A stretch of DNA of 64,000 nucleotides from contig JAFYVB010000019.1 in NCBI GenBank assembly GCA_017549335.1, positions 241 through 64,240 on the forward strand. The letters run 5' to 3'. This document shows positions 1-9,133 of the stretch, one piece after another. The notes beneath the pieces are model-generated. The model made no database searches, was not told where the DNA came from, and worked only from the letters and a program-made list of their open reading frames with translations. The DNA comes from Clostridia bacterium. GTDB lineage: Bacteria; Bacillota; Clostridia; Christensenellales; Aristaeellaceae. Numbering within the stretch: position 1 is the first letter of the stretch; the number at the start of each line of letters is the position of its first letter. Position numbers and translations under genes: made by a program.

Positions 1-549
1 TTTTTGCGAGAAGTGGATCGCGGCGAGGTTGATCCCCTGCTCCTGATCCCCATGTTCGTTCTGGATTTCCTCTGCATCCATCCCTTCAACGATGGCAATG
101 GACGCATGAGCCGCCTTTTGACCCTCTTACTGCTGTATCGCAGCGGGTACATCGTCGGCAAGTACATCAGTATCGAAATGCTGATCGAAAAGACGAAGGA
201 CACCTATTATGATGCACTGCAAGCAAGCTCTACCGGCTGGCACGACGGCGCGAATGATTACATGCCTTTTGTCTCCTACACGCTGGGCATTATCAAGAGC
301 GCATACAAGACGTTCTCTGAGCGCGTGGAGCATTTGACCACAAAGGGTATCTCCAAGCCGGAACGCGTGCGCCAGTTCATCGAAAACAAACTGGGCAAGG
401 TGACAAAGAAGGATATCATGGACGCTTGCCCCGATATCAGCGCAACCACCATCGAAAAGGCTCTTGGTGAGCTGGTGAAGGATGGTACGATCATCAAGAT
501 TGGCAATGGACGCGGCACGGGGTATGTTTACAACCGCAATGATCAGTGA
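1..549 (+). CDS. Fic family protein, C-terminal part (5' end outside window)
   Basis: The frame is open to the window edge. Fic motif HPFNDGNGR lies at nt 79-105, followed by a winged-helix-like tail (KKDIMDACPDISATTIEKALGELVKDG). Confidence 0.85.
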   Translation, partial: FLREVDRGEVDPLLLIPMFVLDFLCIHPFNDGNGRMSRLLTLLLLYRSGYIVGKYISIEMLIEKTKDTYYDALQASSTGWHDGANDYMPFVSYTLGIIKSAYKTFSERVEHLTTKGISKPERVRQFIENKLGKVTKKDIMDACPDISATTIEKALGELVKDGTIIKIGNGRGTGYVYNRNDQ

Positions 550-563
550 TTGGAGGGAACGAT

Positions 564-896
564 ATGGCTACCTTTGAAAATACAAACAAGACTTTGCATA
601 TTGCTGACGCTACACGTGAAATCGCTGAAATTCAGAAGATCATTAACGACTATAAGCAGGGGCGCGGAATTGATCGGGAAAAGGTTGCTGAAATCATCAA
701 GCGTCTTAATTCGAAAGACGTTACCATCGCGCTCTTCAATTCCAAACTGAATCCGAGTTGGACGTTGATTGCCGATGCAACAGACGAGCAGATTATTGGC
801 AATTTGAATCTTACGCTGTTGTACCTGTCTGGCAAAATGACAGTCGAAGGAATCTGTGATATCGTCAAAGGAGACAAGAACCATACTAACACTTAA
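564..896 (+). CDS. hypothetical protein, 110 aa
   Basis: ATG 564 is preceded by GGAGGG (552-557), 15 nt after the Fic stop and co-oriented with its neighbours. The composition is charged and helical. No motif was recognised. Confidence 0.55.
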   Translation: MATFENTNKTLHIADATREIAEIQKIINDYKQGRGIDREKVAEIIKRLNSKDVTIALFNSKLNPSWTLIADATDEQIIGNLNLTLLYLSGKMTVEGICDIVKGDKNHTNT

Positions 897-953
897 TTCG
901 ATTGAAAAAGATATATTTTGTGGCCAAACGAATGCACAGAAGGAGTTGAGGTC

Positions 954-3900
954 ATGATAAAAAGATGGTTTGAACGAATTTATGCAGGAATCCGAAAGAT
1001 AGTTACCAAAATCAAAACTAAGCGAGCTTCTAAAAAACACAACACCATCTTTTGGAGTCTGACTCCCAAAGATGATCTTGACTTGCAGATTTATGAGCAA
1101 GCGATTGATTATGCTTTTAAGAAAAAAGACATACATAATGTCGCAATTTCAGGTGCTTATGGCGCGGGAAAAAGCAGCATTATTGCATCCTACAAAAAGA
1201 AGCATCGTCGTCTTAAGTTCATGCATATTTCGCTTGCGCATTATCAACCTATTTCTAATCAGGACGGAGAAGCTAATATCGCTGAAAATGCGCTTGAACT
1301 GAAAATCCTCAATCAGCTTGTTCACCAGATCCCGGCAAGAAAGATTCCGCAAACTGGGTTCCGCGTAAAGCATCCGATCACATTTTGGCGAACATTGCTT
1401 TGGACTATTAGCCTTGCTGGATTTAGCATGGCTATGCTGTATGTCTTCTTGTTTGCCAAGTGGGGGAGTTTTGCGATTACGCTAACTGAATCACTTCCGG
1501 AACAATTTGCCCCATATATTGATGCTACAACACAGCCCTATGCGAGGTTGCTTGCGTTGGGTATTTGTATTCTGTTTGCAGTATTTATTCTGTATAAGGT
1601 CATTAGCGTTCAACGTCTTAAGAACGTCCTGAAGAAGGTGAGCATTCAGGGTAATGAAATCGAACTGAGTAATGGCGAAGTGGATTCATTTTTTGACCGC
1701 TACCTGAACGAAGTCCGCTATCTTTTTGAAAACGTTGGAGTGGATGCCATCGTCTTTGAGGACATGGATCGTTTCAATATGGAGAGTATTTTCGAAAGGC
1801 TCCATGAGGTGAATACACTGGTCAATCTTCGCAGAAAGAAGAAGCCGCTGCGTTTTATTTATCTCCTTAGAGATGATATCTATAAAACAAAAGATCGTAC
1901 CAAGTTTTTTGATTTTATTATCCCGGTTATTCCTGTCATTGATGCTTCGAATTCGTACAATAAGCTGAAAGAAATGCTGGAAAAGGCAAGCTTAATAGAA
2001 GGATTCGATGATTCGTTTTTGCAAGGTATTTCGCTGTACATTGATGACATGCGTCTTCTGCAAAATATTGTGAATGAGTTTATCATTTACTTTGATGAGC
2101 TGAAATCAACGGAACCCAATGCCAATAATATGTTGGCAATTATCACATACAAGAATTTGTTCCCGAAAGATTTTAGTGATTTGCAGTTGGGGCGTGGATA
2201 TGTTGCTTCTTTGTTTGCAAACAAGCATCTGTTGATTGATGCGCGTCAAAAAGAGTTGAATTCTCAAATTAAGGAAGCAGAAGCAAGAATTCAGCAAATA
2301 GATGCAGAAATTGCAAAAAGCGAAGAAGAAATAGACAAGATTTATGTCAATCCGTACTCTCGCTATCGATCTGATGAAGAAAAAGCTGCGATTGCGTTGA
2401 GAAAACAGTTAGTTCGCGAGAAAAAAGAAGGACATTCGGACGAACTTAGAGCATCGATAATTAGAGATAAAAAGTCCTTGGCTGAATTGGCGCAATCCAA
2501 TTTAAGCGAGTTGCTTAACCGTGATAACATAGATCAGTTTATGGTGCTGAGTGAACATTCACAAGAATATGCTGACGTTTTGCAAAATGAATACTTTGCA
2601 CTATTGAAATACTTGATCCGCAATGGTTTTATTGGAGAAACTCATTCTGATTACATGACGTATTTCTACGACGGGAACATTTCTGTTACGGACAAGACCT
2701 TCTTGCGCAGTATTACGGATCAGGAGGCTAAAGAATTCACCCATCCGCTTAGAAATGTTGCCGTTGTTCTGAAACGAATGAGAGACATCGACTTCGATCA
2801 GATCGAATCGCTTAACTTCGATTTGTTTGCGTTTATGCTGCAGCATGCAAATGCTAATCTTCCCCGTTACATTGCAATGATGCAGACGAATAAAGCAACA
2901 GATTTCGTGATTGAGTTTTTTGGAAAGAATCGCGTTATGCCGGAACTGATTCGAAATCTAAGCAAGCATTGGGCTGATTTTTTGCATCAAGCAATCACGA
3001 ATGGTTGGTTCGACAAAAAATCAATGAAAGAGTATTCCGTCAACGCATTGCTGTATCTTGATTCGGAAGAATTGAAAGCAGTGAACATTGATGGTTGTTT
3101 GACTGCCTATGTTTCAAAGATGCCCGACTATCTTAACATCGATAATCCAGATATCGATAGACTGATTGCTTCTTTTGAAGAAATAGGAATTGTGTTCGGA
3201 ACTATTGATGAAGAACACGCCGACACTACGTTGCTGAATGCTGTTTATGTCAGTAGTTTGTATACGCTCAATGCAGCCAATATTGCCGTAATGCTACATA
3301 CTCAATACAGTGTTCGTGATGATGAAGCCATCATGCATCGGAATTATTCAGAAATAATGTCTCGCTCCCATTCTCCAATGGCTGTCTATGTTTTGAATAA
3401 CGCTGAGATATACATGCAAACTTACTTGGGCATGTGTAATGGCTGGGTGGACGATTCTGAGGATTCAGTAATTGCTATTCTGAATAGCGAAGATATTTCT
3501 TTGGATACGAAAATTCGCTATATTGCCATCATGCGGACGATGATTACAGACCTAACGGCTGTCACTTGCATTGAGTGTTGGGAAACAATGTTTGAAAAGG
3601 AGCGTGTCGTATTCTCTGAACATAATGCGCTGGCCGCTTTCTTCCAGAATCAAGAACTTACTCCGCTGCTGATTGGCTTCGTCAATAAGGGGCAATGTGT
3701 AATTGACTGCGATGCCATTCGAAATGAATATCAGAATGACAAGCTGGTAACGTTTATGGAAGCCATGATGCGGGAGGACAGTGTGTCAAATACAGTGTTT
3801 GAATGCTGGATTTCCGGCTTGTACTCGATTTGCTCAGATGAATATGCTTCCTTTGAAGTGGGAACAACGCTTAATGCAGTCAAAATGCGATTCCTATTTG

Positions 3901-4604
3901 ATCTGAACATTATACCCATGACCGCAGATGGCTTGTCTTTTGTTAGAAAGCATTATTGTCAACATATTCGCTACTTTGTCGTTCAAAGGATTTCGGAGTA
4001 TGTCGCAATAATGAATGCAACGATCTTCATCCATGAAGAATTGTTGAACTTGTTGACTTGGCAGGAAGTAGATAGCGATACCAAACTGGAACTGCTCAAA
4101 CATGCCTCTCAACCCATCAGAATAAGCAGCAGCAACTATGAAGCCCCGGTTGCGTTACACATTGTCCAGCATAACTTTGACGAAAGTGAATTGCCGCAAT
4201 GCCTACTTCAATATAGAAAGTATAGCGCTGAGGTACGGGAGGCTCTTGTCGAAAAAGCGTTGTTGAATATTGATGTCGCTATTGAAAATGCAGATAAGCT
4301 TGATGATGCGCTGGTAGTCAGCTTGATGAGTAGCGAAATTGCTCTTGAAAAACGCATCGAGTTCCTTGTTAAGCTGATGCATGTGTGGAGTCAGGAATGT
4401 ATTTTGCAAGAACTGGATAATTGTGGCCTAAATGAATATCGCAAGCTTCTGAAACCTTACGCTGGTAAGACAATCGCTGTTGATTCTATTAGCAGTAAAT
4501 TGCTGAGCGCTTTCCAGTCAGCTCAATGGATTGACTCTTATGCAAAGGATGCTAACGATACCAACCTATACAGAATTGAATTGCCGAAAAAGAAGCAGAA
4601 GTAA
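954..4604 (+). CDS. KAP-family / YobI-like P-loop NTPase with transmembrane insertion, 1,216 aa
   Basis: ATG 954 follows AGGAG (941-945). Walker A GAYGAGKSS is at 1152-1175, two hydrophobic helices at about 1380-1604, and Walker B AIVFEDMDR at 1743-1772. A long helical C-terminal region includes a coiled coil (QKELNSQIKEAEARIQQIDAEIAKSEEEIDKI). The architecture matches B. subtilis YobI and KAP NTPases. Confidence 0.75.
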   Translation: MIKRWFERIYAGIRKIVTKIKTKRASKKHNTIFWSLTPKDDLDLQIYEQAIDYAFKKKDIHNVAISGAYGAGKSSIIASYKKKHRRLKFMHISLAHYQPISNQDGEANIAENALELKILNQLVHQIPARKIPQTGFRVKHPITFWRTLLWTISLAGFSMAMLYVFLFAKWGSFAITLTESLPEQFAPYIDATTQPYARLLALGICILFAVFILYKVISVQRLKNVLKKVSIQGNEIELSNGEVDSFFDRYLNEVRYLFENVGVDAIVFEDMDRFNMESIFERLHEVNTLVNLRRKKKPLRFIYLLRDDIYKTKDRTKFFDFIIPVIPVIDASNSYNKLKEMLEKASLIEGFDDSFLQGISLYIDDMRLLQNIVNEFIIYFDELKSTEPNANNMLAIITYKNLFPKDFSDLQLGRGYVASLFANKHLLIDARQKELNSQIKEAEARIQQIDAEIAKSEEEIDKIYVNPYSRYRSDEEKAAIALRKQLVREKKEGHSDELRASIIRDKKSLAELAQSNLSELLNRDNIDQFMVLSEHSQEYADVLQNEYFALLKYLIRNGFIGETHSDYMTYFYDGNISVTDKTFLRSITDQEAKEFTHPLRNVAVVLKRMRDIDFDQIESLNFDLFAFMLQHANANLPRYIAMMQTNKATDFVIEFFGKNRVMPELIRNLSKHWADFLHQAITNGWFDKKSMKEYSVNALLYLDSEELKAVNIDGCLTAYVSKMPDYLNIDNPDIDRLIASFEEIGIVFGTIDEEHADTTLLNAVYVSSLYTLNAANIAVMLHTQYSVRDDEAIMHRNYSEIMSRSHSPMAVYVLNNAEIYMQTYLGMCNGWVDDSEDSVIAILNSEDISLDTKIRYIAIMRTMITDLTAVTCIECWETMFEKERVVFSEHNALAAFFQNQELTPLLIGFVNKGQCVIDCDAIRNEYQNDKLVTFMEAMMREDSVSNTVFECWISGLYSICSDEYASFEVGTTLNAVKMRFLFDLNIIPMTADGLSFVRKHYCQHIRYFVVQRISEYVAIMNATIFIHEELLNLLTWQEVDSDTKLELLKHASQPIRISSSNYEAPVALHIVQHNFDESELPQCLLQYRKYSAEVREALVEKALLNIDVAIENADKLDDALVVSLMSSEIALEKRIEFLVKLMHVWSQECILQELDNCGLNEYRKLLKPYAGKTIAVDSISSKLLSAFQSAQWIDSYAKDANDTNLYRIELPKKKQK

Positions 4605-4609
4605 GCTAA

Positions 4610-4645
4610 AGGCCCAACACCTCGTCCTCTGTAGGTGTTGGGCCT
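4610..4645. terminator. bidirectional hairpin between convergent NTPase and integrase genes
   Basis: Perfect 13-bp inverted repeat AGGCCCAACACCT-N10-AGGTGTTGGGCCT. Confidence 0.7.
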
Positions 4646-4651
4646 CACAAC

Positions 4652-5881
4652 TTACAGCAACTCAATCCCCCTCTTCAACTCCGCGATGCCATCCTCCGAA
4701 ACTGCGATGTAATACTTCCTTGTAGTCTCAATCTTGCCGTGGCCCATCTGGTTGCACAGCAAATGCGGCGGGATGTTCATGTCGGCGAGGTGGGTTCCGT
4801 AGGTGTGCCGGAGATGGTGGTATTTGAAGTTGATTCCCTTTTCTTTGAGGGCTCTTGATGGGTATTTGATCGAATTCACCGTCTGCATGTGACCGTTCGG
4901 CAGAGAGTTGACCAGTTCAAGAGAGGAAATCATCTGCCCGTCCACGTCTTCGATCATGGTCTGATTCTGCTGCCGCTGATAGAAAAGAACGACTTCATCT
5001 TCCTTGCGCCTCTCCCACAGCGCGGCCAAATACTGTTTCATGCGTTCGTTCAGGTAAATGGTGCGGTAGGCGTTCTTCGTTTTGAGTGTCACCAGCTTGA
5101 TGATCCCGTCCTGATACTGCATCTGACGCTCAATGCGGATCATGCCGTTTTCAAGATCAACGCAGTCCCATTTGAGGCCGAAACACTCATTGATGCGCAG
5201 TCCGCAATAGCGACCCAAGAGGTAAGCAGTCTCCGTGTTTGTTCCTGCAAAATATTCGTCCATGATGGCGCATTCGGCTCTTGTAAAGGCTACGATGTCC
5301 AGCCGTTCGTCCACCTTGGCTTTCGGCATGTGAATCTTCGTGTCTTTGTTCACGCACATCTTGTTGTACGCCTGTTGGGACATGTAATCGCGGGAGTACG
5401 CTTGCCCGAAGATCAGGTAGAACATTTTGAGGAAGGATTCCACATACCGGAAGGAATGGCCCTGCTCATAGTACAGGTTGGCAAGATAATCCTGCACCTC
5501 GGCCACAGAAATCTCATCGATCACCCGCTCCCCGAACTTGTCCCGAAGATAGTTGTTCCAAAGCGAATTCTGCTTCAAAACGGTGTTGTAGGCTCTGTCG
5601 GCGCGACCCTTTTCGCAGTATTCAAGGAACACTTCTTTTACAGTTTTAGGCTCGGCAATCGGAATGCCGTCAATCGGTTCTTTGGCTTTCGCGGCCTTGA
5701 TTGCAGCGCGGCGTGCATCAACAGCAGCTTTCTTTGTCAGGTAGGGCACTCCGTAAACGTCTTTCGTGCGGCGTTGCGCAATCACTTCGCCATCGACAGT
5801 TATCTTGAATCGGTACGCCCAGTTGCCGCTTGGCAGGGGATAAACGCCTGTGTCGTACTTCTTTTTCTTCGCTTTCGCCAT
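4652..5881 (-). CDS. tyrosine-type site-specific recombinase/integrase
   Basis: 409 aa. The C-terminal catalytic region reads HHLRHTYGTHL...GHGKIETTRKYY, and an upstream RINE arginine context is present. RBS GAAGGAG precedes ATG 5881. Confidence 0.9.
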   Translation of the reverse strand: MAKAKKKKYDTGVYPLPSGNWAYRFKITVDGEVIAQRRTKDVYGVPYLTKKAAVDARRAAIKAAKAKEPIDGIPIAEPKTVKEVFLEYCEKGRADRAYNTVLKQNSLWNNYLRDKFGERVIDEISVAEVQDYLANLYYEQGHSFRYVESFLKMFYLIFGQAYSRDYMSQQAYNKMCVNKDTKIHMPKAKVDERLDIVAFTRAECAIMDEYFAGTNTETAYLLGRYCGLRINECFGLKWDCVDLENGMIRIERQMQYQDGIIKLVTLKTKNAYRTIYLNERMKQYLAALWERRKEDEVVLFYQRQQNQTMIEDVDGQMISSLELVNSLPNGHMQTVNSIKYPSRALKEKGINFKYHHLRHTYGTHLADMNIPPHLLCNQMGHGKIETTRKYYIAVSEDGIAELKRGIELL

Positions 5882-6049
5882 GATTTTTCCGCTCCTTCAA
5901 AATTGTCTTTTTAGACACTTTCAAAGAAACCGACACTGCGTGTTTTCGCCACCATCAGCGGGAAACCAAGTGTTCGTTCCCCAGCGGGGCGTAGAAATCG
6001 CAGGGATTCGGCCCGAAGGGACGAAGAACGGAGATTTCCAGCCGCGCTA

Positions 6050-6118
6050 ATGGCCCGCGACGAAGCCCGCCATGGCAAGGCTTTCGAAGGCCTCCTGAAG
6101 CGCTACTTCGGCAAGTAA
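6050..6118 (+). repeat. att-like direct repeat copy 1 (truncated gene 3' end, reads MARDEARHGKAFEGLLKRYFGK*)
   Basis: About three-quarters identical by eye to 9134-9200. It ends in TAA, is followed by a terminator, and lies beside the integrase 5' end. Confidence 0.6.
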
Positions 6119-6146
6119 GAAATCCAGTAAAATCAAAGGTTTTCAA

Positions 6147-6179
6147 GGGAATCACTCTGAAAAGGGTGGTTCCCTTTTT
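6147..6179 (+). terminator. intrinsic terminator after repeat copy 1
   Basis: GGGAATCAC-N10-GTGGTTCCC followed by TTTTT. Confidence 0.5.
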
Positions 6180-6382
6180 CTACTTTTCTGCCATTCTGCT
6201 TCTGGTTTGGGTGTGTTTTCACCCCTCCTTTATGTCATTCCTATGCAGAAAACTAAAGACCAATAGTGAATATAAAGTGGATTGACTGACCTGTTTTAAT
6301 AATCTGTTTTTATAATCATCGAATTAATATTGATTTTTTGTTCGCATCATGGTATAATCAGCAGCGGAAAGGAGATGAAATC

Positions 6383-7375
6383 ATGAACCGCGAAACGATT
6401 GCTAAGATTGTGAAAGCAAGCGGCGTATCTGCCGGCGAATTAGTTCTTGTTCACTTTTGGGGTGAAGACGCAGATAAAGAAATAGCAAATAACTTTGTTG
6501 CGTCTGTCGCCGCTTTGGGAGCAACCCCCTTTCTTTTGCAGCAGGCTCGCTCGATCAATCAGACTATTTTCTCGACTGCAAAAGAAACTTGCTTTGATGA
6601 TCGCTACTTTGACCTGTTTTCCAAGTTTGATGCTGTACTGGATGTATTTGCATACCAACCTATTGTTCTTGGCGGTAAGATTGAAGAGGAACAGATGGTT
6701 CTTTACCGCAAGTACATCTCGCAGTTGTTCTACAAGCTGATGGAATGCACACGTTTTACGCAAATACGGATCCCAACAGTAGCTAATGCGGCAGAGTCAA
6801 ATCTTGATCCTCAGGAATACATTCAACGAATGACTAAAGCTTTTGATATTGACTACCCCGAAGTTGATTTAGCTTGTAAGCGTGAAGTTGAACGATTTTC
6901 AGGAGTGACCAAGGTTGTTGTTCATTCAGGGATTGATTGTGCTTTGTATTTTGATATAACCGATCGCGCATGGCACGTTGATTCCGGCAATGGCGATCTT
7001 CCTTGCGGAGAGATATACATTGCTCCAATAGAAGACAAATCCTGCGGCAATGTATTCTTTGAAACATTCTATTTGGATGATGTGAAATACAACAATGTTA
7101 CTTTACAGATTTCAGATGGCGAAGTTTCAGGGAGTAGCAACAAGGACGTTGAGGAACATTTTGCTAAGTTGTCGAAAGAAGATAGGATGGTTTGTGAACT
7201 GGGTCTGGGAATGAACCCCAATGTAAAGGACTTGTGCGGATATACCGTGCTTGACGAAAAAATGATGGGAACATTTCACATTGCAGTTGGTACCAATACT
7301 ATGTTCGGCGGAAAAAACGAAGCATCCAATCACATTGATTTTGTGGGATGCGGAAAAGTAGAGGTTATCTTATGA
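6383..7375 (+). CDS. M29 (aminopeptidase T/PepS)-like protein, 330 aa
   Basis: ATG 6383 follows GGAGA. The C-terminal motifs GEIYIAP, ELGLGMNP, LDEKMMGTFHIAVG and SNHIDFV resemble thermophilic metalloprotease M29. Confidence 0.7.
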   Translation: MNRETIAKIVKASGVSAGELVLVHFWGEDADKEIANNFVASVAALGATPFLLQQARSINQTIFSTAKETCFDDRYFDLFSKFDAVLDVFAYQPIVLGGKIEEEQMVLYRKYISQLFYKLMECTRFTQIRIPTVANAAESNLDPQEYIQRMTKAFDIDYPEVDLACKREVERFSGVTKVVVHSGIDCALYFDITDRAWHVDSGNGDLPCGEIYIAPIEDKSCGNVFFETFYLDDVKYNNVTLQISDGEVSGSSNKDVEEHFAKLSKEDRMVCELGLGMNPNVKDLCGYTVLDEKMMGTFHIAVGTNTMFGGKNEASNHIDFVGCGKVEVIL

Positions 7376-7743
7376 TTGAACAGAATCTGTCGAAGCTGAG
7401 TTGCTACTTTGAAGAACAGATTGCTATGTGCGGCCAGCGGACTGCGGAATTGCTTGCGGATGCTCGTACAGACGAAGCCAACTTTGAGAAAATCAAAGCG
7501 AATGTCTACGATATCTTCCGCACAATCCTTTCTGTTGCGGTCAAAAGCAGCAAAGGAGATCCCGTAACCGTCCGGCGTTTCTTTCTTCAAAAAGCTGAGC
7601 AGATCCCGTCAAACTGGATGGCTGCGTTCGAGGCAGCGAAACAGCACAATGATGTGATCAAGATGCAGATTGAGCAAATCAAGCTTGATACAATTCATGA
7701 GATCAAGGAGACCTTTGCAAACATTTGGGAGGGAGAAGCATGA
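7372..7743 (+). CDS. hypothetical helical protein, 123 aa
   Basis: ATGA start/stop overlap with the upstream gene (ATG 7372, TGA 7373-7375). No motif was recognised. Confidence 0.6.
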   Translation: MIEQNLSKLSCYFEEQIAMCGQRTAELLADARTDEANFEKIKANVYDIFRTILSVAVKSSKGDPVTVRRFFLQKAEQIPSNWMAAFEAAKQHNDVIKMQIEQIKLDTIHEIKETFANIWEGEA

Positions 7744-8294
7744 CAGAATTTGAGGCGATTCGCCTTTTTAAGTGCCTGTCTGATAAGTCTCGCTTGCAAA
7801 TCCTCAAGTCGCTTGCAATCGAAGATATGTATGTTGAGCGTTTAGCTGAACGACTTGGCATCACTGCCCCGACGGCATCCTTTCACTTGAAAAAGTTGGC
7901 TGATGCCGGTGCAGTTACATCCTACAAAAGTCAGTACTACATGATGTATTCACTCAAGAAGGATATCTTTGAAACAAGCATTATGGATATTCTGCAAGAG
8001 GAGTCCGATGAAGCTGAGGTACACGCTCAACGGGATGCTGAATATCGTCAGAAGGTGATTGATGCATTCTTCGAGTATGGTAAGCTGAAAGCTATTCCCA
8101 CCCAGCGCAAGAAGGAACGTATTGTTCTGGAAGTTATCGTCCAAGCATTCGAATATGATCGTGTTTACTCCGAACGTGAGGTTAACATTATCATTGCTGA
8201 TTTTCATGACGATTTCTGTACGATCCGTCGTGATATGATCGGCGAGCAACTTCTGGATCGAGACACTACAGGATATTGGCGTGTGAAGCCATAA
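7740..8294 (+). CDS. ArsR-family HTH regulator with DUF2087-like C-terminal domain
   Basis: ATGA overlap at 7740-7743. The N-terminus FKCLSDKSRLQILKSL...VERLAERLGITAPTASFHLKKL is a typical ArsR/SmtB wHTH. Confidence 0.75.
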   Translation: MTEFEAIRLFKCLSDKSRLQILKSLAIEDMYVERLAERLGITAPTASFHLKKLADAGAVTSYKSQYYMMYSLKKDIFETSIMDILQEESDEAEVHAQRDAEYRQKVIDAFFEYGKLKAIPTQRKKERIVLEVIVQAFEYDRVYSEREVNIIIADFHDDFCTIRRDMIGEQLLDRDTTGYWRVKP

Positions 8295-8306
8295 GGAGAT
8301 AATGAG

Positions 8307-8747
8307 ATGGTTATTGGAATCTTTGGTGAAAGTTGTACCGGAAAATCCACACTTGCAGAAAAGCTGAAAACACAGCTTGATGCTGAAGTCTACACCGGTA
8401 AAGATTATTTGCGTCTTGCGAAGAATGAGACCATGGCAAAGATGCTTTTTCAAAAGAAACTGGATGAAGCGGTCTCTGGCTCGCATATTATCTATGTGAT
8501 TTCTGAAAGAGAACATTTGCCATTACTCCCAGCCAACGCAATTAGAATTCTGGCAACAGCAGATTTAGCGGTCATTAAAGAACGTTTCGCACAGCGTATG
8601 AGAGGGAATCTTCCTGCACCCGTTGCGGCCATGCTGGAAAAGAAGCATGGGTGCTTTGATGCCGAAAACTGTGATTTTCACGTGGTCTCCGGCCAAGATG
8701 ACCTGGATGAGGTTTGTACTTCCATTCAGAACAAAGTGCTTGGATGA
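8307..8747 (+). CDS. small P-loop kinase-like protein (cytidylate-kinase-like / AAA), 146 aa
   Basis: AAGGAG lies at 8293-8298. Walker A is GESCTGKST. Confidence 0.65.
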   Translation: MVIGIFGESCTGKSTLAEKLKTQLDAEVYTGKDYLRLAKNETMAKMLFQKKLDEAVSGSHIIYVISEREHLPLLPANAIRILATADLAVIKERFAQRMRGNLPAPVAAMLEKKHGCFDAENCDFHVVSGQDDLDEVCTSIQNKVLG

Positions 8748-8870
8748 CAAGGCGGTCTGCTGGTAAGGATTGTGCCTCCAATAGAAAAAACAACAGGATG
8801 TGAAGCAGTATCGTGGGATGAATGGGTATGCTAACATGAGAACAACATACATAAAGAAAGGAAAATCATC

Positions 8871-9128
8871 ATGAACATGAATTGGAAAGACATGACGCTG
8901 CTGCAAAAAATTGCCCTGATCATTAGCTGCATTGCTGCTTTTATAGCCGCACTTGCCCTTCGGGATCCGAACCTTTTCCCCATCAACATGACTTCCCCCG
9001 CTATCGCAGTGATTACTGTCTTCGAAGCCTTGGCCTATTGGAAGCAAAACCGCAAATTGGCCTATCTGCTGATTGCCGGTGCAGTCATTTCCCTGGCCTT
9101 CTTCGGAGCAGAGCTTTTCCTGCTTTAA
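8871..9128 (+). CDS. small hydrophobic membrane protein, 85 aa
   Basis: AAAGGAAAA lies upstream of ATG 8871. Two to three predicted hydrophobic helices. Confidence 0.5.
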   Translation: MNMNWKDMTLLQKIALIISCIAAFIAALALRDPNLFPINMTSPAIAVITVFEALAYWKQNRKLAYLLIAGAVISLAFFGAELFLL

Positions 9129-9133
9129 TAAAA

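Larger units (their letters stand above)
1..6118. mobile_element. integrase-bearing AT-rich genomic island (left end outside window)
   Basis: The base composition shifts visibly relative to DNA beyond 9.8 kb. The integrase sits at the right end, directly abutting direct-repeat copy 6050-6118. Cargo is Fic, a small ORF and the KAP/YobI NTPase. Confidence 0.5.

Noticed and set aside
564-896. The 110-aa ORF as a classical Fic antitoxin
   Set aside because: I looked for the inhibitory (S/T)xxxE(G/N) motif and found none. It also lies downstream rather than upstream of fic. The role is left open.
543-1136. 197-aa minus-strand ORF across the small ORF and the NTPase start
   Set aside because: It crosses the intergenic region and the RBS/start of the NTPase gene. 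It has no RBS and a Ser/Phe/Asn-rich composition typical of the antisense strand of AT-rich coding DNA. The plus-strand 110-aa ORF has a GGAGGG RBS.
4889-5914. 341-aa plus-strand ORF inside the integrase gene
   Set aside because: It is antisense to a gene with full tyrosine-recombinase motifs and a good RBS. It has no features of its own.
5882-6049. Possible tRNA or tmRNA target next to the integrase
   Set aside because: No cloverleaf-compatible arms and no GTTCGAATC-type T-loop were found. The repeat that follows looks like a protein-gene 3' end instead.
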